From NCBI GenBank assembly GCA_048881705.1, contig JBHLSH010000002.1:1-64000 (forward strand): a stretch of 64,000 nt of DNA, in the 5' to 3' direction. This DNA comes from Candidatus Heimdallarchaeota archaeon (lineage in GTDB: Archaea; Asgardarchaeota; Heimdallarchaeia; Hodarchaeales; Hodarchaeaceae). The translations under genes and the position numbers were made by a program. Positions within the stretch are counted from its first letter, which is position 1. Every line of letters starts with the position of its first letter. Below, in pieces: positions 48,258 to 58,346 of this stretch. The notes under the pieces are model-generated. The model was not told the origin of the DNA. It searched no databases and worked only from the letters and a program-made list of their open reading frames with translations.

Positions 48258-48605
48258 AGTGGTAGAGTTTTTCTGAACTGTTTAATAAATTGAAGAAGAA
48301 GCTCTATGGGGAGAATAACTAGAATATAATTGGATTAATATGCATTTTTGACGGTTTATGGTATTTTTTTGGCAATTTTAAACAGGATGTCTTTGCTTTA
48401 CCCTCCCCCTCTGTTAGTCTTATTAAAGGTTGAATTACTGGGGTATTCAGCATTGTTTATTATCTGCGGCGGGCCAAGTCATATTCAGCATAGAAAAACT
48501 AGAAAAAGGGAAATATCCTCTTTAATTCAGAGTCTATCACGTTAGTCCAAGCATTCATCAGATCCACGCTACTAATTTGTTCCGAAATCAAAGGAGTTAC
48601 ATAAA

Positions 48606-49811
48606 TTGAGTAAATACAAGTTACTTATGAAATCTATTGTCTTCAGTACCCGATCACGGCGGCGATTCTTCACATTCGTCATTGTTTTTTCTATTCTCTC
48701 GGGAGCCACGATCATTCTCTTGAGTTATTTCGATAATTTTTCACGAGAAGGTCTACTACTGCATAGAGGAGTCGTAATAGACACTGAAGGATTAGATACG
48801 ATTAATCTTACCCAAGTTCAAATAGATCTCGGAACAAATGATGGCCAAGCAGTCACAGGGGCGGAAGTCATCATTTTCTTCAAATATGTAAACTTCGGGT
48901 CCAATTTGAGGATTTTCAGCCTAAATTCACATTATCCCTGGGCATTCAATGCCCTGAACCCGAACCACTTAGTGAACGGCAGATTTCCCATAGGCAAGTA
49001 TGAAGCTTTGGTTTCTGAAGATGCTTTGGTTGCACTGAACGATACTGAAGGAGCTATAAACATTTACACGAAACCCGTGATAGGTACCAAACTCACTATC
49101 GGTGCAAGTAAAGACTCTGATTTCGAGTTGACTGTGGCTGGGATTTTTCGAAAGCCTGTAACCCCAACAATCAGCTCCGATAGTCGAGAATGGATACTGG
49201 TTACAGAGGAAGCCTTTGCAGAGCTCGTAGGAGGACAGCATCTGGCTTTAAATTCCGATGAAATCGGTGTACTCTCAGTAACAATTATAGCAGGGGGGGA
49301 CATATTTGGAGGCGAGGCTTACAGCAATGTGGATGCTTTGGCAACCACCTTTCAGGATGAAATAACTGGAAATCCCCATTTATACAAAATTGTTTTTGTT
49401 GAAAAAATAGCGAAAGATAATACTCGAGATAGTGCAATAATTTCCCTTCTCTTTGGTTTATTTGGGACCTTCATGGTGAGCACCTTGTATGCTTACTTAA
49501 TAACCCGTTTTCGGAGACGAGAAGTCGCTATTCTGAAGGCCATGGGTTATTCGAAATGGGATGTTAGGACAGTTGTACTGACGGAGATCCTAGTGGTAGC
49601 AATAACGGGATTCCTAATAGGATTAATTGCAATTCAGGCATACTTTTGGAATCCACTAGGACGTGAAACATCTTATTTTTATCTAATTGCTTATTCTTCA
49701 GCCACAGTTCTTGCTTTCGGTGCAGTCGTTCTATCCACGGTGCCTGGTTTCATCTTGATATCGGCCCGAATTCTTTCCGTTCGTCCCATAGAAATTTTTA
49801 GACAGAAATAA
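48606..49811 (+). CDS. FtsX/MacB-type ABC transporter permease
   Basis: N-terminal TM, extracytoplasmic domain, RRREVAILKAMGYS, C-terminal TMs. Confidence 0.9.
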   Translation: MSKYKLLMKSIVFSTRSRRRFFTFVIVFSILSGATIILLSYFDNFSREGLLLHRGVVIDTEGLDTINLTQVQIDLGTNDGQAVTGAEVIIFFKYVNFGSNLRIFSLNSHYPWAFNALNPNHLVNGRFPIGKYEALVSEDALVALNDTEGAINIYTKPVIGTKLTIGASKDSDFELTVAGIFRKPVTPTISSDSREWILVTEEAFAELVGGQHLALNSDEIGVLSVTIIAGGDIFGGEAYSNVDALATTFQDEITGNPHLYKIVFVEKIAKDNTRDSAIISLLFGLFGTFMVSTLYAYLITRFRRREVAILKAMGYSKWDVRTVVLTEILVVAITGFLIGLIAIQAYFWNPLGRETSYFYLIAYSSATVLAFGAVVLSTVPGFILISARILSVRPIEIFRQK

Positions 49812-49824
49812 GGAGATATGGTCA

Positions 49825-50505
49825 ATGAGTAGTTCAAATATACTAATCGAAGCAAAGGATCTTACAAAAGAGTACATGCGCGGAAGAAACGAGGTTGTTA
49901 TTGCTCTTAATGATATAGACCTCAAAATCCCCAAAGGAAAACTTGTGATGGTGACAGGTCCCTCAGGGTCAGGGAAAAGTACTCTACTCAATGTTCTATC
50001 GGGTCTCGACAAGCCTACAGAAGGAAAAATCCTCTATGAAGATGAAAATATTGCAGATTGGGAAGAGGAACGTATATCACAATTTAGACAGCAAAATATC
50101 GGATTTATATTTCAAAATTGGGAGCTAATCCGCACTATGAAAGCTCTCGAAAATATCGAATCTCCCCTCTACCCCCTTAAAATCAAAGGTAAGGAAATTC
50201 GGACTCGTGCGGCCGCGCTGCTTAGACAAGTCGGATTATGGGACAAGGCGGATAACTACCCCGATGAATTAAGCGGGGGTGAACAGCAAAGAGTGGGGAT
50301 AGCCCGAGCTTTGGTGGGAAAACCTCGGATTATCTTCGCAGATGAACCTACCGGAAATCTAGATCAAGATAATGCCACCTCTACAATGCGCCTTCTTAAA
50401 AGCTTCACAAAACGGGACACTGCTATTCTGGTGGTCACACATAACGAGGAACTGAAAAAATACTCGGATGTATCCCATCAATTGTCATCGGGTCGATTTG
50501 TCTAA
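49825..50505 (+). CDS. ABC transporter ATP-binding protein (LolD/MacB-like)
   Basis: [32 protein letters not shown]. Confidence 0.95.
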   Translation: MSSSNILIEAKDLTKEYMRGRNEVVIALNDIDLKIPKGKLVMVTGPSGSGKSTLLNVLSGLDKPTEGKILYEDENIADWEEERISQFRQQNIGFIFQNWELIRTMKALENIESPLYPLKIKGKEIRTRAAALLRQVGLWDKADNYPDELSGGEQQRVGIARALVGKPRIIFADEPTGNLDQDNATSTMRLLKSFTKRDTAILVVTHNEELKKYSDVSHQLSSGRFV

Positions 50506-50555
50506 ATCACAATCCTAAAAGGAGCTAGGCTTTTCCGCCATAACGGAGGTCTGTT

Positions 50556-51308
50556 ATGCTCGAAACAGAGATACAGGGCGGGGTGGGAATCATTCGACTT
50601 AGTCGGGGGATTACAAATGCGATCAATTTCCAATTGGTGGCCGAATTAACCGCCACCCTTGAAAATATGATATCAAGTGATTCAGAGATCAAAGTTATCC
50701 TCCTGACAAGCAGTAACGACAAGTTTTTTGCGATTGGCTTTGACCTACCGGAAGTCCTAGGATTTTCGCGATCGGAATTCCAAGAATTTTATCAAGGATT
50801 CAATAGGTTATCCTTATTACTGTACAAGACACCCAAGCCAACTGTGGCCGCCCTAACAGGCCATGCTACGGCTGGGGGTTGTATTTTGGCTCTCTGTTGT
50901 GACTATCGCATTATTGGCCAGGGCCGAACCTTAATGGGATTGAACGAAGTCAAATTAGGGGTTCCAGTTCCCTATCCTGGAGACGTCATCCTACGTGATT
51001 TGGTAGGAACCCGTCATGCCCGAGAAATCATGGAACTCGGAGAGTTCTATAAGCCTGATAAGCTTTTAGAGCTAGGGATGGTAGATGAAATTGTACCAAA
51101 AGCCGAGGTCAGAGCAAGGGCACTAGAAAGAGCGCATGAGTACAGTTTATTGCCTCCTCCAGCTTTTCAAGTTATTAAGAAAAATCGGATTCAACCAGTT
51201 GTGGATCGTATTCAAGAGAAGTTGGCCGCTAGGGAACAGCAATTTCTCGCTTGTTGGTTCTCTGAAGATACTCAATCTACTTTGAGGAAAGCAATGGAAA
51301 AATTCTAG
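50556..51308 (+). CDS. Enoyl-CoA hydratase/isomerase (crotonase; ECI1-like)
   Basis: FFAIGFDL, PKPTVAALTGHATAGGC, MGLNEVKLG, LGMVDE. Confidence 0.92.
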   Translation: MLETEIQGGVGIIRLSRGITNAINFQLVAELTATLENMISSDSEIKVILLTSSNDKFFAIGFDLPEVLGFSRSEFQEFYQGFNRLSLLLYKTPKPTVAALTGHATAGGCILALCCDYRIIGQGRTLMGLNEVKLGVPVPYPGDVILRDLVGTRHAREIMELGEFYKPDKLLELGMVDEIVPKAEVRARALERAHEYSLLPPPAFQVIKKNRIQPVVDRIQEKLAAREQQFLACWFSEDTQSTLRKAMEKF

Positions 51309-51329
51309 CCAGGGGCGGCGGGTTCCTTC

Positions 51330-52124
51330 CTAGAATCCACTCACTATGGCGTCTGCGAGCTTATCAATATACTGTGTGAAGGGATGATCAGGATACTTAA
51401 GGGAAAAGATCGTTCGTGATCCCTCACGAGCTACTTCACAATAGCATGGGATACTGGTAATTACTCGCATTCTCATCTCAGATTCTATGGTGGATTGAAA
51501 CTCATTCACCAATTTTAGGTCAGTTTCGCTCCAAACACCATGTTCAGGCGGACAGGTTTCGGCCACAACACGGTTCAGTACCACGTAATTTTTGGCATCA
51601 AGTAACGAATAAAGCTGGGTTACCATACTCTTTGTTCCACTGATATCAAAATCATCGGCCTTCAAAACGAGACAGGTGGCATCAGAGATGACCAATCCGT
51701 CAATACTCTCCATTTGTACCCCTGGACTTGTATCAATTATTGTATAGTCAAATCCAGACTCAGTTAGCTCGTCTCTGAGCCGGAGAATGCGTTTCAAAGA
51801 CCTTTGTCGTTGTTTCTTGTCCGCTCGCACGATTTCTCCCATTTTACGAAAGTCCGTGGATGCAAAAGCTGCGTATAATGGAATCTTGTATTCCTTCTCG
51901 AACGACTTCAAGATATCCTCGCCTGTTAGATCTGGGTCAAAGAGTAAGTCATTAATCGTGACATCTGTGTCAATTCCGCATAAGGTCTGAAGATTTGGCC
52001 CTCGGAAATCAAGATCCAAGATACACGTCTTATGCCCCTGGCGAGCAAGAATCGTTGCCAAGTTGGCACTTAGATGGGTTTTTCCTGTTCCGCCCTTATA
52101 GCTATGGAAAGCAATAATCTTCAT
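51330..52124 (-). CDS. MinD/ParA family ATPase
   Basis: Deviant Walker A SYKGGTGKT, ILDLDFRGPNL, YTIIDTSPG. Confidence 0.92.
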   Translation of the reverse strand: MKIIAFHSYKGGTGKTHLSANLATILARQGHKTCILDLDFRGPNLQTLCGIDTDVTINDLLFDPDLTGEDILKSFEKEYKIPLYAAFASTDFRKMGEIVRADKKQRQRSLKRILRLRDELTESGFDYTIIDTSPGVQMESIDGLVISDATCLVLKADDFDISGTKSMVTQLYSLLDAKNYVVLNRVVAETCPPEHGVWSETDLKLVNEFQSTIESEMRMRVITSIPCYCEVAREGSRTIFSLKYPDHPFTQYIDKLADAIVSGF

Positions 52125-52168
52125 TGATCACACCTTAATCGATTTCTAATCCTGAATATACGTAAGAA

Positions 52169-52849
52169 TTAAATTTCCTCTTCATCTGATATCCTGATTG
52201 CCATCCGTGGTTTTTTCATGGCATGATTTAAATCATCATCAGAACCGTTGCCATTTTCTCTAGATCCCTCTCCGGAATAAAAAAGTACCCTCTTCCCCTC
52301 TCTCATTTTATAAATTAGTCCTTTATCAGTAAGTTGGTTGAGATAATCGGACTCGGTCGGTCTTGATTTCCCCGTTCTGGCGGCGACCTCTTGCGCTGTT
52401 ATACCGCGTTCAGCCTTCATAACAGTCCCGTAGGTGCCTCGTAAATGACGAGGTACCTGCATTAATATATCCAATCCTGTCGATATCTTCGAAGAATTGG
52501 TGGCCGATCCGGGAGTCTTGAGCGACACTTTCTCAATCATGTTACGGTTCACTTTGGCCATATGCTTTATTTCTCTAATATCTGCAAAGATTCCTTTGAT
52601 CTCCCCATGAATCCCCGCAATTAATACCTCGATTGAGGCCCGTGTCGACTCGAGATTGTTCTTAAACGAATTATGAACCTCTTGTAACTCTTTCTTTAGA
52701 GCAATATATAATTCATCAGGAATGGGTTTCTCTTTTCGATCCGCGTTTGTTCCATCTGAGGAATCCATAAACCCAAAACCTAAATTATCTGGAGAGTATT
52801 CAACTTTATTTATTTTCCTTAAGGAAAATCGATCTCCAAGTCTCGGCAC
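52169..52849 (-). CDS. Coiled-coil plus C-terminal winged-helix DNA-binding protein
   Basis: Central heptad-like helix (ELYIALKKELQEV..IKGIFADIREIKHM); C-terminal VPRHLRGTY..ITAQEVAARTGKSRPTESDYLNQLTDKGLI..EGKRVLF. Confidence 0.75.
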   Translation of the reverse strand: MPRLGDRFSLRKINKVEYSPDNLGFGFMDSSDGTNADRKEKPIPDELYIALKKELQEVHNSFKNNLESTRASIEVLIAGIHGEIKGIFADIREIKHMAKVNRNMIEKVSLKTPGSATNSSKISTGLDILMQVPRHLRGTYGTVMKAERGITAQEVAARTGKSRPTESDYLNQLTDKGLIYKMREGKRVLFYSGEGSRENGNGSDDDLNHAMKKPRMAIRISDEEEI

Positions 52850-52959
52850 TCATGACACCACGAAAATTCCAACCGACAAAACGGAAGTTTTAACTCGGGG
52901 AACATTTAGAATCGCCCTTATTTACCCTGTACTATACGTAGACGAGAGTATCTCGTCCA

Positions 52960-53223
52960 CTAGTTCAGGGCATAATAATGAGAACGGAGATCTCGAAGAT
53001 CCGGTACTCTTCGTACCAGTGCGTCTTCGATCAAAATTTTTAAAGCGTATCTAATTGTTCGATTACTTAAGGTGGTGTGATTACCGATTTCTTGCGGTTT
53101 TAGGGCTCCATTTAGTTTTAGTAATTGATAAACTTCCCTTGCAGATTTGGGAAGATGCGTAATCCGAGTATCATTATCTTCATGTAGCTGATTTCCTAGC
53201 TCATCTCTTGAATCAATCGCCAT
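52960..53223 (-). CDS. Small archaeal winged-helix (MarR-like) regulator
   Basis: LPKSAREVYQLLKLNGALKPQEIGNHTTLSNRTIRYALKILIEDALV..DLRSHYY. Confidence 0.85.
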   Translation of the reverse strand: MAIDSRDELGNQLHEDNDTRITHLPKSAREVYQLLKLNGALKPQEIGNHTTLSNRTIRYALKILIEDALVRRVPDLRDLRSHYYALN

Positions 53224-53238
53224 ACCAATTTCTCCAAG

Positions 53239-53368
53239 TGTTGATTATTGTTGATGATTTGATGATGTGCCTTTAAAAATCTTACTCTTATCTAATTTCT
53301 CACCGAATGCTTTGATCTATGGCAACCATCTTGTTGATGATGTAACAGTCATACAGCTTCATGTATGA
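53239..53368. repeat. Short direct repeats (TTGATnAT) plus a palindrome in a divergent promoter region
   Basis: TGTTGATTAT 53239, TGTTGATGAT 53249, TTGATGAT 53259, TGTTGATGAT 53332; TCATACA-N6-TGTATGA 53349-53368. Confidence 0.5.
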
Positions 53369-53544
53369 GCCCGTATCGTGCTTTTGAAGGAGAAAATCAA
53401 GTGAAACGATCTGTATAACACAACCTGCCCATCGCTTCTTCTATCTTGTTTCTTCGTGTGATTTTTTGGGCTCACCATGGTTTTGATGAAAACATTCGAT
53501 ATATTTAATTTGATAAGAGCGTTATTGATTGATGGTGTAATCTC

Positions 53545-54357
53545 TTGAACTTTGGTTGTGTTTTTCCAAAATCGGATCCTCGGAAGGCCATCGAATTCGC
53601 CAAAGAGGCTGAAAAATGTGGATGGAACGGGTTTTTTGTATGGGAACCGATCTATGGAGCTGATGCGTGGGTAACGCTTTCAGCAATAGCCAGCCAAACC
53701 AAAACCATCAAGCTCGGAACCCTTATTAGTCCATTATCGCGGATGCGACCATGGAAGATAGCTAGTGAGGTTTTGACCCTTGATATCATTTCCCATGGAA
53801 GGATAATCTTGGGAGTTGCTTTAGGAGCACTTGATACGGGATTTGCAGAGTTTGGAGAAGTAACAGAGAGAAAAACAAGGGCTGAATTACTAGATGAAGC
53901 ATTAGAAATCATTATGAATTTTTGGAAGGGGGAATATACATACAGTGGCAAGCATTATGATATCAAGGAGTGTTCCTTTTTTCAACAAGTTCCTCCACCA
54001 AGACCTATCCAGAAAGAGCTGCCTATTTGGGTTGTTGGTGCCTGGCCACGAACTAAATCATTAAGACGGACTATGAAGTATGCTGGCATTATCCCAAATG
54101 TCCTGAATGAACGAAATCAACACGAAGAAGTAACTCCTGAACATATTCAGAAAATAAGAGAATTTATGATCGAAGGAATTGCAGAAAAACCATTTGACAT
54201 TGTAGTTGAAGGGACAACCTCAGAAAACTCTTTGAAAGCGAGAGAAATTGTTCTTCCTTTTAAAGAAGCAGGAGCAACTTGGTGGATTGAATCTCAATGG
54301 ATGGCCGAATCCTTGGACGAGGTCCTCGTCAGAATTAAAGCTGGGCCACCTATATAG
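53545..54357 (+). CDS. LLM-class (luciferase-like) flavin-dependent oxidoreductase
   Basis: AEKCGWNGFFVWE, DAWVTLSAIA..IKLGTLISP, GRIILGVALG, PRPIQKELPIWVVG. Confidence 0.92.
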   Translation: MNFGCVFPKSDPRKAIEFAKEAEKCGWNGFFVWEPIYGADAWVTLSAIASQTKTIKLGTLISPLSRMRPWKIASEVLTLDIISHGRIILGVALGALDTGFAEFGEVTERKTRAELLDEALEIIMNFWKGEYTYSGKHYDIKECSFFQQVPPPRPIQKELPIWVVGAWPRTKSLRRTMKYAGIIPNVLNERNQHEEVTPEHIQKIREFMIEGIAEKPFDIVVEGTTSENSLKAREIVLPFKEAGATWWIESQWMAESLDEVLVRIKAGPPI

Positions 54358-54551
54358 CATGAAACCACAGAAGGTTGATCACAAGGATACGAAATGTACC
54401 CCATCAAGAAATATATTTGGACACCAAAAAGAGGGTCACAAATGGCAGAAACAGAAACCGAGGGATTTTGTATCTGTAAAAAATCCTGAAGTGACTGACT
54501 AAAACGTATTTAAACAACTTCCTTGGAACGCCAAGAAGCGAGCGGATACTC

Positions 54552-55526
54552 GTGGGAAATGATATCGCGATAAAAGTGGTTGGCCTAACAAAGATTTTTG
54601 GGAAAGGGGAACAACAGGTTAAAGCAGTCGATAATATTAGCCTGCAGATTAATCAAGGAGAGATCTTTGGATTTTTGGGGCCCAATGGAGCAGGAAAGAC
54701 AACCTCCCTAAGAATGATGGTGGGCCTTTTGGAACCAACGAAAGGAGAGGTTGAAATCCTAGGTAAGAATCCCAAAGAAGGCCAAACTGAGATTAAGCGA
54801 GTTCTGGGGATTATCCCGCAGGAGATCAGCCTTTATCCAGAGTTGACCGTTGAGGAGAATATGAAGTTTCTTGCGGATGCCTATAAAATTCCAAAAGATG
54901 TTGCAAAAGAACGCATTAACCAGTTGATCAAAGCATTGGGCCTAGAGGACAAACGTAGAACCTACGTGAAGAATCTTTCAGGTGGATTAAAACGGCGAAC
55001 AAACTTGATTGTCTCTTTAATACACGATCCGGACATTATCCTCTGTGATGAGCCCACACCAGGCTTAGATCCTCAATCCCGCGTTGTAGTGTGGGATTTC
55101 ATCAAGAATCTAAAAGAAAAACATGGAAAAACTGTGATTCTGACAACTCACTTCATGGAGGAAGCAGACCGTCTCTCGGATCGAGTAGCGATCATAGACC
55201 ACGGAAAGGTGTTAGTGATGGATAATCCATCAAAACTCAAAGCTTCTATTGGGGAAGGGGATTTGTTAGAGCTTGAGTTAGCTGATACTACTGAAGAACA
55301 GCTTGAAACTTTTGTTAACGATTTAAAGGGATTTGGCAAGCCCATAGAAGACGCCTATGTGTCAGGAGGCCTGATCTTGGTAAGAGCTTTAGATATAGTT
55401 CGTAATTTGGCGAAAATCCTCAATTCAATAGAAGACAAAGGTGCAGTTGTGGAGAACATGTCGATTCGAAGCACAACCCTAGAGGACGTCTTCATCCATT
55501 TAACCGGACGTGCCCTTCGTAATTGA
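54552..55526 (+). CDS. ABC-2 (DrrA-like) ATP-binding protein
   Basis: GPNGAGKTT, LSGGLKRR, DEPTPGLDP, TTHFMEEA, TLEDVFIHLTG. Confidence 0.95.
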   Translation: MGNDIAIKVVGLTKIFGKGEQQVKAVDNISLQINQGEIFGFLGPNGAGKTTSLRMMVGLLEPTKGEVEILGKNPKEGQTEIKRVLGIIPQEISLYPELTVEENMKFLADAYKIPKDVAKERINQLIKALGLEDKRRTYVKNLSGGLKRRTNLIVSLIHDPDIILCDEPTPGLDPQSRVVVWDFIKNLKEKHGKTVILTTHFMEEADRLSDRVAIIDHGKVLVMDNPSKLKASIGEGDLLELELADTTEEQLETFVNDLKGFGKPIEDAYVSGGLILVRALDIVRNLAKILNSIEDKGAVVENMSIRSTTLEDVFIHLTGRALRN

Positions 55527-55541
55527 ACAGAAATCTCACAG

Positions 55542-56924
55542 GTGCAAAATTTGGTTCAATTAACGTTTTTTAGTGTTACAGGAGTGTATGGAAAGGCGCT
55601 TCTCAGATCTAGATGGACCATCGTTGTCTTTCTGGTACTTCCTGGATTCATGGGGTTCATGTTTTGGTTTGCTTTTGGAAATACAGGCTTACAGGGGGCC
55701 ACAACCCACGAAATCGGCGTAATTAACAATGATGAAGGAATAGCAGAGGATCTGGCAGCTTTTCTAGAAGCAGCCAAAGGTTTCGGCTATGATACCGGAA
55801 TCCCCTCATCTACTCTCGAGTTAGGTTTTGCTTCCGATTTTATTGCAATTTTAAACACCACAGAATACCCTACGGAGAGTAATACTGATTCAATACGAAT
55901 TTTCAGGGTACAGGAGTTCACCAATTTATCTGAAGGACAACGAATGGTTGAAAATCAGCTGATTGATGGGTTGGTGATCTTTAATCCTGATTTTTCCAAT
56001 ATGACTTTAAGTGCCATCAATGAGGTTCAAAAAATCAAGAATGGATCCTATATAGATGAGGATCCGAATTGGATCTCTTTTAATGGTCCAGAATTCCCGA
56101 AAAATTACAACAGCTCTCTTACCCTCTTGGGAGACGAGAATAATTTTAACTATTTTATTGTGGAAAACATTTTGACCAGTTTCTTCACAAATTATGCGGA
56201 GTCAATTGCGTCCCTTGACTATACCGGAGGTCATCTAAAATTGGAGATTGGGGGAATAACCTTGCAAGATTATAGTCTTTTTGATTCCGTTATGCCTGGA
56301 ATACTCGTTTTCGCAGTTTTGACGCAAGCCAGTATGATTGCTTCCATTCTTGTTGGTGAAGTCACGGAATCAAAAACCATTGGTCGAATTCGTCTGAGTG
56401 TGCTTTCCCCATGGGAATATGTACTGGGAGTGGCGTTACTAAACTTTTTGGGCTCATTCATTCAGATTGTCGTCTTGCTCGCTGTCTCAATTATATTCCT
56501 AGGTTTTAATCCCGCTGGGGATGCAATTCAGGGGATTATTATTCTTCTGGCTTTAACGACCTTTACAACAGGACTAGGCTTTCTCTTTGGAGGTATTTTT
56601 CGTTCGGCCGATATGGCAGGACAATCCGCGGGATTCATAATGACTCCATTGGCATTCATGTCTGGTGCGTTCTTTGAAATCCCAGGTATCACCCTAATTC
56701 CCGGGTTTTTCCCAACAGCTGCAGGTATACCACGAGACTTCATCCTTTGGGATCTATTACCTCCAACGCATGCCGTAAACGCCTTACGCTCAATCTTGCT
56801 TTATGATTTCAACTTGATTGAAGAGAGTGCTAGTTTTTTGATGATTTTAATTACGGGATTGCTCTTGCTTGGAATGAGTATGGTTTTTTACTCAAAACGC
56901 AGGTTTTCGGGTGATATTACATAG
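55542..56924 (+). CDS. ABC-2 type permease
   Basis: TM1, large extracytoplasmic domain, PGIL, ABC-2 C-terminal TMs with PPTHAVNALR. Confidence 0.9.
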   Translation: MQNLVQLTFFSVTGVYGKALLRSRWTIVVFLVLPGFMGFMFWFAFGNTGLQGATTHEIGVINNDEGIAEDLAAFLEAAKGFGYDTGIPSSTLELGFASDFIAILNTTEYPTESNTDSIRIFRVQEFTNLSEGQRMVENQLIDGLVIFNPDFSNMTLSAINEVQKIKNGSYIDEDPNWISFNGPEFPKNYNSSLTLLGDENNFNYFIVENILTSFFTNYAESIASLDYTGGHLKLEIGGITLQDYSLFDSVMPGILVFAVLTQASMIASILVGEVTESKTIGRIRLSVLSPWEYVLGVALLNFLGSFIQIVVLLAVSIIFLGFNPAGDAIQGIIILLALTTFTTGLGFLFGGIFRSADMAGQSAGFIMTPLAFMSGAFFEIPGITLIPGFFPTAAGIPRDFILWDLLPPTHAVNALRSILLYDFNLIEESASFLMILITGLLLLGMSMVFYSKRRFSGDIT

Positions 56925-56928
56925 TTAG

Positions 56929-58245
56929 GTGATGATAACGAACGTAGCTATCTCAATTCTCATTAGAACGGTGAAACAAACCATACGTGATCCCTCACGC
57001 GTCCTCCTAATTGTTGGGTTCCCTTTCGTTTTTATTGCAGTTTTTGCCTTCATTTTTGCAGATTTTGGTGGTTCACAAACCTTTTCTATCGGGATCGTCA
57101 ATAACGAGGATGTAGATCTGAGTACATTCCAGAATGAATTTTCTCCTTATGTTCCTGAAGCATCCAACAACACAATCAATCCTTTCGTTCATGGTTTTGG
57201 TCATCTGTTTTTGGAAAGTCTACAGGGAAATACAAATCTGAAATTATCGAATCTGACATTCAGGTTAGTTCCGTTCGATTTTTTGGACGATGCAAAGGCA
57301 GCGGTTCAAGCAAGAGCGGTGGTAGCGGTAGTACAAATCAAAAATGATTTCTCGTATGGTATTCTATCTGGAATCAACTCCATGGCTGCCACTTTGAATG
57401 GAACTCCAATCGCCCCAGATCCTCAAGTCAATAATTGGAATGCCACGATTTTTATCGAAGGTGATCCGACGTATCAGACCTTCCAGACCGCACGAACGGA
57501 GATTGAAGCTGCATTCAAGGTGTTCCAGGTACATTATTACGGTATAGAACGTGCAGGCGGAAATCTTGATGTTCGTTACCAACTAGTACAAAGCGTAGAA
57601 CTGCGAGTTTTCGATAACTTCGTGGCAGGATTTTTCACATTTGGTATCGTTTTAAGTGCGTCTTCAATCGCAGGAATCATTGGCATAGAAAGGGCAGAGG
57701 GAACCTTGGACAGATTAAAACTCTCTGATGCTAGTTCTTTAGAAATGCTTGTTGGATTGACAATGGGTCATATCATAGCGGTAGGAACGCAGATGGCATT
57801 CATGTTTTTGGCTGCTCTATTTTTTGGATTTAGGGGCCAAGGAGATGTTATATCAGCTTATTTGATAGGCATTTTGACAATTTTTCCCGTCCTGGGCCTT
57901 GCATTCTTCGTTGCGGCGTATATTCCAAATGGCAGAGATGCGAACTCAGTCATTGCTATTCTTTCCGCGCCTATTGGGTTCCTTTCAGGATCCTTTCTAG
58001 AAGTCCCTGCGGTTCCATTAGTGGCTAATATAATTCCTGATGGGGTAGGTGGGCTTCGTGCCCTTCAATTATGGGATTTTTTCCCATTTGCGCCAAGTGT
58101 GGACGCTATAAGAAAGATTTTGCTATCGGAATACTCACTTATACAGGTGCTCCCGGAAATTTTTCTCCTTCTCTTAGGAGGGGGATTATTTTACTTTCTA
58201 GGGGCGATATTTTTCCTCAAACGCGTGTTAAAACCGGCTAAATGA
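56929..58245 (+). CDS. ABC-2 type permease (paralog of the upstream permease)
   Basis: Same architecture; ERAEGTLDRL, PFAPSVDAIRKI. Confidence 0.9.
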   Translation: MMITNVAISILIRTVKQTIRDPSRVLLIVGFPFVFIAVFAFIFADFGGSQTFSIGIVNNEDVDLSTFQNEFSPYVPEASNNTINPFVHGFGHLFLESLQGNTNLKLSNLTFRLVPFDFLDDAKAAVQARAVVAVVQIKNDFSYGILSGINSMAATLNGTPIAPDPQVNNWNATIFIEGDPTYQTFQTARTEIEAAFKVFQVHYYGIERAGGNLDVRYQLVQSVELRVFDNFVAGFFTFGIVLSASSIAGIIGIERAEGTLDRLKLSDASSLEMLVGLTMGHIIAVGTQMAFMFLAALFFGFRGQGDVISAYLIGILTIFPVLGLAFFVAAYIPNGRDANSVIAILSAPIGFLSGSFLEVPAVPLVANIIPDGVGGLRALQLWDFFPFAPSVDAIRKILLSEYSLIQVLPEIFLLLLGGGLFYFLGAIFFLKRVLKPAK

Positions 58246-58346
58246 AGAAAAGGTAAAATAATTTTTTTGTACCGTTATAATACGTAATTAATTACCCCGA
58301 AGTTAATCATAGCGTTATTGAAAACCGTAATCTGGCGATGTGAACG

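Noticed and set aside
58284-58295. 12-bp palindrome GTAATTAATTAC upstream of prolyl oligopeptidase
   Set aside because: Very AT-rich and overlapping a promoter-like tract, so easily a chance occurrence
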